Below, one piece after another: positions 40,130 to 55,105 of a DNA stretch of 64,000 nucleotides (position 1 is the first letter of the stretch; each line of letters begins with the position of its first letter). The notes beneath the pieces were generated by a model. That model was not told where the DNA came from, searched no databases, and saw nothing but the letters and a program-made list of their open reading frames with translations. The stretch covers positions 45,818,001-45,882,000 of the forward strand of contig OX597828.1 of NCBI GenBank assembly GCA_951406725.2, written 5' to 3'. Made by a program: the position numbers and the translations under genes. The DNA is from Octopus vulgaris. Its lineage: Eukaryota.

Positions 40130-42010
40130 ATTTAGTAGTCTTGTTTTTTACACGTGCTTTCACTTCACTACTGAGCATAGCTCTGTGTGCCTTGGATATG
40201 TGCTGTGGTTTGTTGTGATGCTCTTATAGTTAGTGTATTGAAAGTGTTTTACGTAGGATGTGTGCGGTGCCTAGTAGTGTTATTTTCTGTATGTTATATA
40301 TATTTGTTAGTCCTGCTTTTTTGTTATGTAATTGTCTGAATATTTTTCAATCATACCTAATACGCCTATAATGATAGGAATTGTTTCTGTTTTTAGACTC
40401 CGCATTCGATTTACCTCTATTTCTAAATCTTTGTATTTTGAAAGTTTCTCCATTTCTTTTCGAGAAACGTTGTCATCTGTTGGTATTGTTACATCAATTA
40501 GAAAGCATTTTTTCTTGATGATCTCTGACAACTATATCTGGCCTATAGGCCTTAATTTCTCTATCTGTGTGTATTGGCATATTCCATAGTATTGTTGCTT
40601 TCTCATTTTCTGTTACCTTTTCTGGAGTATGCCTATACTATCTTTTTATGTTGTTATTCCATAGTGTTGGCATAGATTCCAGTGTATGTAGGTCCCAACT
40701 CTGTCGTGTCTATGAATATATTCCTTCTTAGCCAAGACTGAGCAGCCAGAAACAATATAACTTATTGTTTCCTTGTCCATCTCCACATATACTGCTGTTA
40801 CTTTTGTTTCATTTATATGTTTTTGGTAAATTCTGGCTTTGGTCTTGTGCTGCAATTAAAAATCTTTCCGTCTCTGCTTTGAGTCCTGAGCTTCGCAGCC
40901 ATTGTTGGGATTTTGCTTTGTCTATTTCTTTTGCGTTTAGTTAAGTCCAGTATTTGCCATGGAGGGGCTTTTCTTCCCATCGTTTTATCATGATCTGTTG
41001 CTGTTCCAGATTTTGTTTGGATGTCATTTTTATTATAGCTTCTGTTGTTTCTTTTTTTCTTTATACTTGTTCGGTAGTATGACTTCTTTTCTGTATTTGT
41101 CAGCTGCCTTAAAGACTGGAAACAGTATTTTTGTTTTGTTCGTGTTTCGTGGCTATTTTCCTTGCTTCTGAAGGAGATATTTTTGTAGTCCTATGGTGGC
41201 TATTTTGTTATAGTTTTCTAGCTGTATAAGTCTTCTCACACATTCTATAGTGGAGGCACATGGCCTAGTGGTTCGAGCAGCGGACTCGTGGGTTCGAATC
41301 TCAGACCGGGGTATGTATGTGTTTATGAGCGAAAACACCTAAATTCCACGCGGGTCCAGCAGAAGGTAATGGCGAACTTCTGCTGACTCTTTCGCCACAA
41401 CTTTCTCTCACTCTTTCCTCCTGCATCTTGCAGCTCACCTGCGACGGACCGGCGTCCCGTTCAGGTGGGGAACCGGCCCTTCTGAGCTAGGCATGGCTTG
41501 AGAAGGAACAAACAAAAAACACATTCTATACGTTTTATAATGTCATATTTTGGGTGGTGCATCCTAAATTCTGTTATTATTTTTCTTGTTTTCCTGTCTA
41601 TTTTGATTAGCTCATTTAGTGTCCAGTTAAGGATATTTTAGCTGTAACTTATAACTGGGACGTCTAAAGTGTTGTTACCTATCATCTTGTTTTTCGCATT
41701 GAGCTCTGTTTTTAATATTAATCTAACACGTCTATAGTATTTTTTAAAATTTTATCTTCCATTTGTATTTGCTGTATCGTATCTACTTTATTGATTTCTA
41801 AATATTTGTATGTCTGAATTCCCTTCTTTCATTTGCTTTATCTAGTGTGACGTTGCCACTCTTAACTAGTTTACCCCTTTTTAAGGTTGCTATGGTACAT
41901 TTTTCGAAGTCAAATTTCATGTTTATTTCTTTGGTAAATCGATGTACCGAATGCAGTAATGTTTCCAGTTGTTTATCATTTGTAGCGTACAGTTTTAGAT
42001 CATCCATATA
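40130..42010 (-). mobile_element. R4/Dong-like element, decayed (RT YMDD through REL and 3' UTR)
   Basis: YMDDLKLYA, IVSGCSVLAKKEYIHRHDRVGTYIHW and CFLIDVTIPTDDNVSRKEMEKLSKYKDL; interrupted by SINE C. Confidence 0.9.
41251..41518 (+). mobile_element. SINE family C (tail type 3) with 12-bp TSD
   Basis: TSD acacattctata at 41238-41249 and 41519-41530. Confidence 0.85.
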
Positions 42011-42066
42011 CCGGGGCAATCGACTATCCGCTCTTCGCAAATTCCAGGCTTTGTGCCTATAGTAGA

Positions 42067-42149
<83 letters not shown>

Positions 42150-42154
<5 letters not shown>

Positions 42155-42390
42155 TAGTTTTATTTTTATAGCATGCTTTCACTTCACTACCGGGCGCAGC
42201 TCTGTGTGCCTTGGGTATGTGTTGTGATTTTTTGTGATGGTTACTGTATTGAAAGTGTTTTATGTAGGATGTGTGCAGTGCCTAGTAGTGCAATTTTCTG
42301 TATCTTATCTGTGTTTGTAAGTCCTGGTGTTTTTGTTATGTATTTGTCTGAATATTTTTTTTATCATTCCTAATGTGCCTACTATGATAA
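42150..42390 (-). mobile_element. R4/Dong-like 3' end inside (ATT)n
   Basis: Reverse-complement match to 23741-23946. Confidence 0.85.
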
Positions 42391-42392
42391 GG

Positions 42393-42428
<36 letters not shown>

Positions 42429-42487
42429 TAAGGCGGTGAGCTGGCAGAAACGTTAGATGGGCTTGCTTCCACACAGTTTCTTATCTC

Positions 42488-42899
42488 TCTTTACTACCCA
42501 CAAGGGGCTAAACACAGAGGGGACAAACAAGGACAAACAAACGGATTGAGTCGATTATATCGACCCCAGTGCGTAACTGGTACTTATTTAATCGACCCCG
42601 AGAGGATGAAAGGCAAAGTCGACTTCGGCGGAATTTGAACTCAGAACGTAGCGGCAGACGAAATACCTATTTCTTTACTACCCACAAGGAGCTAAACACA
42701 GAAAGGACAAACAGGGACAGACAGAGGGATTAAGTCGATTATATCGACCCCAGTGCGTAACTGGTACTTAATTTATCGTCCCCGAAAGGATGAAAGGGAA
42801 AGTCGACCTCGGCGGAATTTGAACTCAGAACGTAACGGCAGACGAAATACTGCTAAGCATTTCGCCCGGCGTGCTAACGTTTCTGCCAGCTCGCCGCCT
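42488..42899 (-). mobile_element. SINE family B with two tandem internal units
   Basis: Body unit repeated twice behind a single head. Confidence 0.88.
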
Positions 42900-43794
42900 T
42901 TGCTTTCACACAGTTTCTGTCTAACAAATTCCCTCACGACGCATTGCCTGGTCCGATGATTTGGTAGAAATATCTTAGACAATTTGTCGCGCAGTGGGAC
43001 TGAACCCGCCACAAAATTGTTACAAGCGACTTTCTTCATAACAAGCCACGTGCGCATTTTATATCTCTCAGGATTAAAACATATTTAAATTCATTGAAAG
43101 AAAGAAATCAATCCTGTGACAGTTTTGACCGAAGGAAGATTGAGGTGTTCGATTAATGAATCCCTTGCCATTGAATTATCGTACAAGTAGCGCTGAGTAT
43201 TCCGTAGACAAGTGACACCATTTACGTAATCACCAGGAAGAATCAGTTCAACAAAGCAGCTTGTATTATAAAAAGGCTGCACCTTTGGGAATTAAAAAAT
43301 GCAATTGTGCCGAGACTCTTTCAACGACCAAATTTCATTTCCAACACTTGGGTCGACATGATGCTGTAGAAAAGACATTTGTTCAAGATGAAACGCAATG
43401 AGATCGATCCCTTGATTGCAAAGTAACAGTCTTGGTCATTCGGTCAGGCGGTACCGAACGTCTGACTTTGCACTAAGCACTCATATTTCATATCGAGTTC
43501 TCATTGTAACGTTATGTTATGGATACAGAGTCTTATTTTCCCCCTTAGAATATGTCAGAGAACGATAAACATGATTCAATCGATACAGCGTAACCGATCG
43601 CAATATATAGTAATAACGCAGAGTTGAAGAAAACTTAGACTTCACCTTGCGATCGATTTCAAAATGTGAATTGCAGGTGAAAAATTCCCCACCGCCGTTT
43701 CTAAACGAATGGTGATATTAAATACTCCGGAAGACAGATATGCAACTCAAATATCCACTATATCAGTATCTCAGCCGTTTTTTACACACCTTTG

Positions 43795-43832
<38 letters not shown>

Positions 43833-43834
<2 letters not shown>

Positions 43835-44249
43835 CACAGGAGTGGCAGTGTGATAAGTAGCTTGTTTACCAACCACATGGTTCCGGGTTCAGTCCCACTG
43901 CGTGGCACCTTGGGCAAGTGTCTTCTACTGTAGCCTCGGGCCGACCAAAGCCTTGTGAGTGGATTTGGTAGACGGAAAATAAAAAGAAGCCCATCGTATA
44001 TGTGTATATGTATATATATATATATGCGTGTGTGTGATTGTGTGTCTGTCTTTGTCCCCCTAGCATTGCGTGACAACCGATGCTGGTGTGTTTATGTCCC
44101 CGTTACTTAGCGGTTCGGCAAAAGAGACCGATAGAATAAGTACTGGGGTTACGAAAGAATAAGTCCCGGGGTCGAGTTGCTCGATTAAAGGCGGTGCTCC
44201 AGCATGGCCGCAGTCAAGTGACTGAAACAAATAAAAGAGAGTAAAAGAG
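43833..44249 (+). mobile_element. SINE family A, full length
   Basis: Head, body and tail match. Confidence 0.9.
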
Positions 44250-44451
44250 TATATATATATATATATATATGTATATGAGTTTCTCTGTGTGTGTGTATAC
44301 GCATAAGTATTGTGCATTTATATTTATATATATGCATACATATATATGCAAACATACACACATATATGAATGTATATATGTATACACATATCCTGATACA
44401 TATATGAAAGCATCTGTATGTACACCCACGTTTATATAAATATATATATAT

Positions 44452-44838
44452 CCTTTTATTCTTTTAGTTGTTTCAGGCATTTGACTGCGACCATGCTAGA
44501 GCACCGCCTTCAGTCGAATCAAATTGACCCAGGACTTATTCTTTGTAAGCCTAGTACTTATTCTATCGGTCTCTTTTGCCGAACCGCTAAGTTACGGGCA
44601 CCTAAACACACCAGAATCGGTTGTCAAACGATGTCTGGGGACAAACACAGATACACAACATATACATACACACATATATATTTATACATATATACAACGG
44701 GCCTCTTTCAGTTTCCGTCCACCAAATCCACTCACAAGGCTTTGGTCGACCCGAGGCTATAGTACAAAACACTTACTCAAGGTGCCACGCAGTGGGACTG
44801 AACCCGGAAGCATGTGGTTATTAGGTAAGCTACTTACC
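44452..44838 (-). mobile_element. SINE family A
   Basis: Inverted relative to the copy ~200 bp upstream. Confidence 0.88.
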
Positions 44839-44847
44839 ACCAACCGC

Positions 44848-44880
<33 letters not shown>

Positions 44881-44973
44881 ATACATACATACATACATAC
44901 ATACATACATACATACATACATACATACATACATACACGAATATACATATTTACATACATATACATACATGAG

Positions 44974-45006
<33 letters not shown>

Positions 45007-45679
45007 AAGCAAAGCTTTAAAATGATTGAATTACAGATATGGTGGGGAATTGCAGAGTTGCCTGTCGAAGTATTTAATATCATCATCCCTTTAAGAACAT
45101 TCGGTGGCGAATCGTTCACATGCAACTCACATCTTGAAATCGATCGCAAGTGAAAACTCTAAGCCTCCGCCCCATATGAATAAAGAAAATATATAAACCG
45201 ATTAACCTCTTTTAGACTCAGCCAGAATTTTGATAAGTCTTACATGCACACGCACACACGAACACAGTCGCACACTTGCATACATATACACAGATATATC
45301 AGCCGAAATTGCAAAGATAATCTGGAACTTGACTGAGGATAGAAAACTCTGAATGATCCGTCCATGTTTTCCTCGTATCGTCTGTCTGGATATTTTGTCT
45401 TCCCCTTTTTTGTTTCACCTAACTGTCTGGATGTTTTGCATTCTTGTCCCATTTTTGTATTTTCATTAAAATAATGAGGATAGAAATTGATATGAAACAA
45501 TTAACATCAATTTAAACCAGTGGTCTAGCATATTAAAAAAATCCGAAGATTTTATTACAATTAATAATAGGAATGACCACTAAAGTGAAATCCTATACGC
45601 TAGAAATAGACGTCATATCGCCTTACAACAAAGAGAGTGTTCTCAAGAAGAAAAAAACAGCAAGTGCCAAAATGTAAAA

Positions 45680-45812
45680 CTGAGTGGACTGGAGCAATGT
45701 GAAAATGATGTGATTTGCTCAAGGACACATCGCATCACCCGGTCCAGGAATCGAAACCACAACCTTACGATCATGAGTTCAACACCCTAACCACTAAGCC
45801 ACGCGCCTCCAC
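45680..45812 (-). mobile_element. tRNA-headed SINE related to family C (longer copy at 53155-53480)
   Basis: Minus strand: ggaggcgcgtggcttagtggttaggg...gtttcgattcc...tccttgagcaa. Confidence 0.75.
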
Positions 45813-46339
45813 AACCTTGAGTGCTATAGCCGTTTGATGGTGAACAAAAGTGAATAATCTCTCGGAGAAAGTATACCGGGTGTCTATAGTCAATTTCAAG
45901 AAATGTTAAATTTCAAGACAGGTTTAAGAAAGACATTATGATATATACACTATCAGGAATGATTACATGGGGAAATATAACATTAGACATATTAACACAA
46001 TAGTACCAAGTGCTGAAGTAGTTAGCTATAATGAGTCTCACTATTCATAACCCCTTCATATAACCCCATCCATAACCCATATTGTATGCTTTCTTATTTA
46101 GGCACAAAGCCATTAATCGATACCATCAATAGCAGAACTTTACCTGGTACTTCGTTTTACCGACTCTAAAAGAGTAAATGCCAAAGATGACTTTGGCAGG
46201 ATTTAAATTCAGAACTGAAGAATTACGTATGTAGTTTTTTCAAGCCCTTTAATTTATTTGTTAATCTCCCTTTCTCCATCGTATATGACAGTCCTTTCTT
46301 ACTTTGGAACAACAGCAGTAATTTCGGAAGAAAGGGAGA

Positions 46340-46748
46340 GCCGATTACATCATCCCCAATGCTCAACTGGTACTCATTTTACCGACCCTGGAAGAATGAA
46401 AGGCAAAGCCGACCTCGGCGGAATTTGAACTTAGAACGTAAAGATGGACGCAATGTCGCAAAGCACCTTACCCGGCGTGCTTACGGTTCCGCCAGCTCGC
46501 CGCCTTCATATCGTAAATGATAATGATTTCTACTAAAAGCATAATGTCTGAAGGTTTAGGCAAAGGGGACCAGTCAATTACATCGACCTCAGTGTTTCGC
46601 CGTACTTAATTTATCGACCTCGAAAGGATGACAGGCAAAGTTGATCTCGGCGAAATTAGAACGCAGATAGAATGACAGATAAAGACAGATAGAATGCCTC
46701 TAAGCATTTAGCCCGGCGTCCTTACCATTCCGCCAGCTTCCTGCCTTC
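46340..46748 (-). mobile_element. Two degenerate SINE B copies
   Basis: gaatgaaaggcaaagccgacctcggcggaatttgaac and ggatgacaggcaaagttgatctcggcg. Confidence 0.75.
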
Positions 46749-47254
46749 TTATCCTAAACGATAAAAAAAAAAACAAAACGTTATTGAGTTCAGGAAATGA
46801 GTTTAGCGCCGTTAAATCTGCAATACATTGTGTAATGATACGTTTTGTGTTATGAACACGTCGCATATATTGGTTACTCTGGATAGTTCTTTGTATTTTG
46901 TGTCAGAAACGCCGAAATTCTGGGGGCGTTTGTTATTTCTTGAATATCACGAACTTACTACCTGGGACAAATTCAATACTTGTCATTGGGGTCTTTCATG
47001 AAAACATAATGGCGCTACTTCCGATTTTCAGCGTCACGTACATTTTTCTGCGTGTGATTAGATATAAGTATAAATGAACGTCGTTTTCTTTATCGCTGCA
47101 GTTTGTTTCTTTTATGCAGAAATCAACTCTTCCACCGAATTCTCACGCTCCACATTTTACCTGCGTGCATGTTTGTTATTCTCTGAGTAGAACTTTTTCA
47201 ATATTCGATTTGTGTTCCAATCGATCTCATCCGGCTATGTATACTTCCTTTTCA

Positions 47255-48056
<802 letters not shown>

Positions 48057-48451
48057 TTTCGGCATAATGTACCTAGGCGGCATTGTAAGTTATTTCCTTC
48101 TTATTTAAGACATCAGGATGTGCTTTGAGGGCTACATGGCTGCTCTTATTCATTGGCATGTAATACAGGGCACGATGGCACGATGAAATATGTATCATAG
48201 CATAATGGAATTCAATTCATTAAACTAACCCCAAGAAATATAAACAGATTTACTCTTCGTCCGGTGAAGAGGAAATGTATAGAAATACGTAGACATACTT
48301 GTGCACAAGTAGTGGGAACATGAGCATATCGGTTAGTGACAAAGTTGACTGCGATTCAATGGTTTCTAGGCAGAGCTATATAAGAAGTGTACGTACATGA
48401 GTATTTGTTTGTACACAAATACATACAAACATACATACATAGATATATATG

Positions 48452-48493
<42 letters not shown>

Positions 48494-48678
48494 ACACACG
48501 CACACCCACCCACATATATATATGTATATATATATCATATATATATAAATACATATATATACATATATATATATATATATATGCTACACACGCACACCCA
48601 CCTACATATATATATGTATATATATCATATATATATCTATATATATATATATATATGAAATTTGTGTATATATATATA

Positions 48679-48860
48679 TCTATTATATAAAATCTGTTCT
48701 GTCTATCTGTCTGTGTGTCTTCTAGGATCTCGGGCAACCTCCATCTGATTGCGCTCAAATTTGATATGTAGATATCGACGGTATCAGGGCGTGTATAAGT
48801 CTTGAAAAAAATTACAAAAATCGATTGCAGGTGAGAATGCAATCGATAAAGCCGTGGGAG
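48679..48860 (+). mobile_element. Possible Helitron/HINE-like 5' end
   Basis: Starts tctattatataaaatc followed by a (ctgt)n-like run; no matching 3' CTAG end seen. Confidence 0.45.
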
Positions 48861-49066
48861 CGTGTATTTGTAAAATCGTTTTTCTTGGAATAGAAAAAAG
48901 TCTATCTTTATTTCTTTTTTTGCTGGTGTCTCAAATTTAGGTTAAATCAGTGTTTCTCAAAGGGGAGGCCTATGGGACGGTCGGACAAGTTGTTTTGAGA
49001 AAATTTGGTCTAAATGTTTGACAACTCAGCACCGTCCATTGGACGGGTGGGGGAGCGTTTTGCTCG

Positions 49067-49102
<36 letters not shown>

Positions 49103-49694
49103 CACACAAACACACACATGATATATATGTCTGTGTATGGTATATATATATATTATATATATATGGAAATATATGTATATATATATAGGCATATATATAT
49201 ACGTATATGCATATATGTGTGTATATGCGTCTGTATGCACAATCTGTGTGTGTATTTGTGTATTGTAAAATTTGCTGTGACTAGGACTGTAAGTTTCGCC
49301 CGACCACTTACTCAACCCTTGCAGGGATAAATTTCAATGGGAATTATTCAATAAATTTGGTTTAACTCACAGCATCCTACCCAACTATTTGTTAAAATTT
49401 TGTTATCATCGCTAAACTTTCTTTAAAACTCCAATTTAACACCATGTATATATTTATATATATTATATATGTGTGTGTGTATATGTGTATGTGTGTGTAC
49501 ATGTATCTGGATGGACATGCAACACGCACTCTTTTTCCCATTGACAGGAAACTCTACAGGTAAGTGAGGTTTAACCCTAAAGCTCCGTTTATTTATTTCG
49601 AAACAGCTGTTAAAATTTTAGCGGAGAAATGTCTTACTTAACTCGTAAGGGACAACTAGTATCTACAGCTACTCTCCCAAGCAAAGCTGATCTT

Positions 49695-50190
49695 CAAGGC
49701 TGGTGACTTCCTTAAGCTGTGGCATTTTCCAAGGTGACTCACTTTCACCACTAATTTTCTGCATAGCACTAATACCACTCTCAAGTGAACTAAATGGAAC
49801 AGGGTATGGCTACAAAATTGACAACAGGAAAATAAGCCATCTACTTTATATGGATGATTTAAAACTATATGGCAAAGTTGATGAAGAGTTTGAAGGACTA
49901 CTACATACTGTGAAAGGATTCAGTGATGATATCGGGATGGAGTTTGGCCTTGAAAAGTGTGGCAAAACCACTTTTAAGAAAGAGAAATTGGTAGTCAAGT
50001 TCAGTCGAATTAGATGTCGAAATAGTAATAAAAGAACTTGAGCAGGAACAAACCTATAAATACCTAGGAATAAATGAAGGCTCTGGTATCCAGCATGCAA
50101 GCATGAAAGAGAAGGTTAAGAAGGAATGTTATAGAAGAGTTCGGGTAGTCCTGAAATCTGAGCTGAATGCATATAATAAGGTGTTAGCCA
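49695..50190 (+). mobile_element. R4/Dong-like reverse transcriptase fragment
   Basis: GIFQGDSLSPLIFCIAL...HLLYMDDLKLY...IGMEFGLEKC, then YKYLG after a frameshift. Confidence 0.9.
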
Positions 50191-50804
50191 GAGTCGACCA
50201 TTGATTAGCATCTACATACCGAATATTTGACAAGGTGCATGTATACCATATTCTGGGCCCAAATTCTACTCAGTTGTATTTTGGCTTCCATCTTTTCGCA
50301 GTCAATAAAATAAAGTACCAGCTAAGTACTGACATGAAATACTGGAAGGGAATACAACCACGCACCAGTATGCACGTAAAGGATTACTGATAAAACCATA
50401 AAGTGCCGAACAAATCGTCCGACACACTATTCGTCGGGCCTATGCATCACTCTGGAGTGGTATGGTTTTTCCTTTTGCTTTTTCTCGAGCTCTTAAGAAT
50501 GAAAGACAGAGTCGGCTTCGATATGGTTTGAACTCGGGGAACAGGGAATCGGAGTAAACACCGTGGGCGTTCTTTCCAACACCGTAACAACTTTAAAATT
50601 CGCCTCTTTCTCTTATTGGCAAAACAGTATCTTGTTTCGGTTATTGGACTGTGGGCATAGCCGTGCACTGCATTGAAGGGCTTTACTCAAAGGAATCGAC
50701 CTCACTACGTATTTTAAAAGCCTAGTGCCTTTGTTTCAGTCTCTTTTGCCGAACTGCAACGTCACGGGAACGTAAACACAAATAAGCATACGTATATACA
50801 TACA

Positions 50805-50847
<43 letters not shown>

Positions 50848-50870
50848 ATTATTATTATATATTATATCAT

Positions 50871-50930
<60 letters not shown>

Positions 50931-51012
50931 TATATATATATATGTGACATCGGAAGGAATACCGCTAAGCAGTCTTTTTCCTGCGCGGTAACGATTCTAG
51001 CAGCTCACCGTC

Positions 51013-51127
<115 letters not shown>

Positions 51128-52119
51128 TTCGAGCGCTATATATTCTTTTAAAAATTATCTCTATTTTCGAAATCAAGAGTTGCTAAAACGCAAATATTGT
51201 CGGACCAACGCCTAGATATGAAAATGGAGCACGTGGTAACGGTAAATCTTCACATTGAACAACCGTTTCTATTTCCAGCCGTAACTCCAATCAACGAACT
51301 TTACTTTAGATATTCATTATTTGTTTAATTTTGGCTCAACGAATCTTCAGAGTCTTTTGGGGAATGCCTGTGCGTTTCGCGTGGCGGCGTTGCTGTTAAA
51401 AATAATTTAATTAATGAGCGCATCACGGTGATATATACTTGTTTGTGGGTGTATGTGTGTGTGTGAGAGAGAATGTACGCGTGTGAGTGTGCATTCATAT
51501 ACGTATGTATGTGTGTAAGTATGTATGTATATATATATGCATATATATATATATATATGTATGTACGTGTATATACATTCTTACATTATTACGTCATGTG
51601 TATATTTGTATGTGTATATGTATACGTGTCTGTATATATATATAGATACATCAATACATACATACATATATATAGATATACATACATACATACATGCATA
51701 GATACATGAACATATGCATGTATTTATATTGGCCAGAGGGGAGGTGTTAAAGATAGAACAGCCGCGTGGTGACGGTGCAGAGAACGGAGCAAGGAATCAT
51801 AGAAAATATGATTGACAAATAAACAAAACAAAACAAAACAACAACAAAAACTAATGATGATAAAACAAAACAAAAACAAAGCAAGAAATGGTTGTTATTG
51901 TTGGCAGATTTGACAGACATGTTGCAGCGCCGGACTCTATGTGTTACATATATATCTACCTTCTTATCGCAACGTTTGAAGTTCAAATCCCACTGGGTTT
52001 TGATTCTGCTTATCTCCCACCCACGATCGATAAAATAAACACCATCAAAATATAAGGTCAATTCAATTGACTCTTTCTCTCTCTCTCTCTCTCTTTCTCC
52101 CTCCGTCTCTCTCTCCCCT

Positions 52120-52157
<38 letters not shown>

Positions 52158-52456
52158 ACTGCACACCAACAGAAAATTTAGTTAATTCTCAAGATTAACC
52201 TAAGAGTTCATTCCACTCTATATCGTTATTTAAACTTGGTTGGTATGGTTGTTGTTGTTGTTGTTGTTGGCGGTGGTGGTGAAGTCAGTGGAAGCGTTGG
52301 TGGTAGTGCTGTATACATGTGTGTGTGTGTGTGTGTGTGTGCGTGTGTGTATTTACCCTTCTGTATGCATGAATCTTCATACACACATATACACACCCAC
52401 ATGTATATATATATATATATAAATAAATAAATATATATATATATAAATAAATAAAT

Positions 52457-52530
<74 letters not shown>

Positions 52531-52712
52531 CATGTGAGTGTGTATATGTGTAAGAAGATTAGATGGTAAATGTTTTTAATTTTCTTTACCTTCGAGAATT
52601 TATTCCTAATTAGTGGTTTGAGTTGTTTACTGCTCTTTCTAGCTCAAGGCTTTCCTATGAAGGAAGCCTCTTAATATGTTTTAATGTACACGATATTATA
52701 TATATATATATC

Positions 52713-52743
52713 TTGGGTTGGTGCATAATTATTGCGGCTTTTT
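52713..52743 (+). mobile_element. Solo mariner-type TIR
   Basis: ttgggttggtgcataattattgcggctttt resembles the Hsmar1/MADE1-type TIR; follows (TA)n; no partner TIR seen. Confidence 0.55.
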
Positions 52744-53103
52744 TTCAATAAATTTTATTCAACAAAAATTTTAAGCAAAACGTCAAGCAGTAATTGAAGT
52801 ACGTGGTGAATATGCTCCGGAATAATCATTTAAAGATGTTTTTGTTACATGGTCATACGCTAGGAAGAAAAAAACTTTGGATACCAACCAGCTTGAGACC
52901 ATCCCTCCTCATTCAATGAAATAAACTTCATACTTTAAAGCAATCCAAATTAAAACCTTCCCTCAAAATTCCTTGTTAATTTTTATTCCTAACACCAGCA
53001 TAATAACAAATTGTTTGTAACATTAATAAGGGATTTAATAACAATTTAAAAAAAAAATTTCTTTCAAAATATCAACTGTTCCCTTAAAATCTGTCTCACA
53101 GAC

Positions 53104-53154
<51 letters not shown>

Positions 53155-53967
53155 TGTAGATACCCACTTTGGTCATGAATGACCATGGGATTGCACATAG
53201 AAAATTCCCCTTCTAAGCATGAGTCCGAGCGAGGTATTTATGAAAGGCCAGTAGTCAGCCTTGTATACCAGTATCCCCTCTCAACGCCGATGATGTTATG
53301 GAAGGGATAGGCAAAGCCCCATAAAATTTGGCATCAGTGACGTCGCAATCCATTTCTACGGCTGATTGAAATGGAGCAACGTGAAATAAAGCGTCTTGCT
53401 CAATAATACAACACGCAGCCCCGTCCGGGAATCGAACTCACTACCACATGATTGTGAGCCCGAAATGCTCTAACCACTGGTTACAGAAGTTACAGCCTGC
53501 GTTGTTATCAATAATCGTATAAACTAAAATAATTCAAATTTAATGTTTTCTTGAAATGATAAATTTCTATTGAGATTAGTATTTAAATTGCAATCTATGA
53601 AAAGTTTCCATTTTACGATATTGTTAAAGGAACGAAAATTTTTCCAGCAACTCGGGCTAATACGAACGAGCCTGATGAGAGTTAACAACTAACTGGTAAC
53701 TCTTGTCAAGAGTACAGGTGACAGCCAGAACGCTAATGTTTGTGCCATTTGCTGTCGTTATTTGATTGCTGTTACTCGGTGCGTACGTGTGCAAAGATCA
53801 GTTGCGTTTTCCTGGGTTGCTTTATCTTTAGCCTTAACTTAGAAAGACATAGGGCTAGATATAAAAAGATAAAGCCATTGGGGGATAGAAATAAAGGAGG
53901 GAAACGTAAAATTCTTATGCGAAATCTGTGATGAGCCCGAGTGATGCTGATGACCTGGAGTCGCCTG

Positions 53968-54008
<41 letters not shown>

Positions 54009-54129
54009 TGTGTGCGTGTGCGTGTGTGTGTCTATGTATGTATGCATGCATGTATGTATCTATATCTATATATATATCTATATATATATATATATATATA
54101 TATACATACATACATATATACATACATAT

Positions 54130-54228
<99 letters not shown>

Positions 54229-54584
54229 ATACAGAATGGACAACAAGAACGCAAAACATCCAGACAGGTGATACAAAAAAGGGACAACAAAACATCCAGA
54301 TAGACGATACAAAGAAAATGAGGACGGGTCATTCGGAGTTTTCTTTCCTCAGTCGAATTCCAGATTATCTTTGTAATTTCGTCCGGTTATACTCGACATT
54401 GCTCCAATCTGGCCAACCACAAAGAAAAACTGAACTAAGAGCATTAGATTCATTGGAAGAAAGCCGCGAATGTATACGAAAACAAAGACGGAAAAAAACG
54501 GAGAATGTTACACAAATACAAATAAGAGGACATAACAACAGGTATCTTTCGAATAAGGACGAATTAACACGATTTATGCTATTA

Positions 54585-54850
54585 ATGTTTGCGGAGCGTA
54601 TTTGTAAGTCAATGTCTTAAAGAAAGACATGATGATGGAAGGAATTCCAGGCAGCTGATTATATGAAAAAGAAAACCTGGGTGTAGTGGATAATAGTGCT
54701 GCATGAGGAGGATTGGACATAACAAAGGCAGATGAGACAATGAAGAAGATTGGCGCAGGAGTAGAAGTAGTTCGAGTTGAGCAATATTCGTAGAGCAGAA
54801 GCCATTATAAAATCCATAGAAAAGCCAGAAAAAAGAGAGAATGATAGAGG
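54585..54850 (-). mobile_element. CR1/Jockey-group LINE ORF2 C-terminus, decayed
   Basis: FYGFYNGFCSTNIAQL...TIIHYTQVFF...AAWNSFHHHVF...DLQI resembles the C-terminal FFPRTxxLWNSLP region. Confidence 0.65.
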
Positions 54851-55105
54851 AGAGAGAGAGAGAGAGAGTGAAAGAGAGAGAGAGAAATTGAAAGAGTAAG
54901 AGATAGGAGGGGGACTTCGAAAAAGAGAAAGAGAGTGAGGGAGAAGATAGCTTGCTTGCAGACTAGAGGCTGGATCGTACTTCTGAGTGATTTTATACAA
55001 GTCTTGTGGCTGGTTCGTTTCTGGATGCGAACAATGATATCTGATTTTGCAGAGGTTTTACTGTTTCAGATTCGATAGAAGTAATCCATTATGTGTCTCG
55101 CTTGT

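Noticed and set aside
53928-53968. C/D box snoRNA (UGAUGA...CUGA)
   Set aside because: Too short and no terminal stem.
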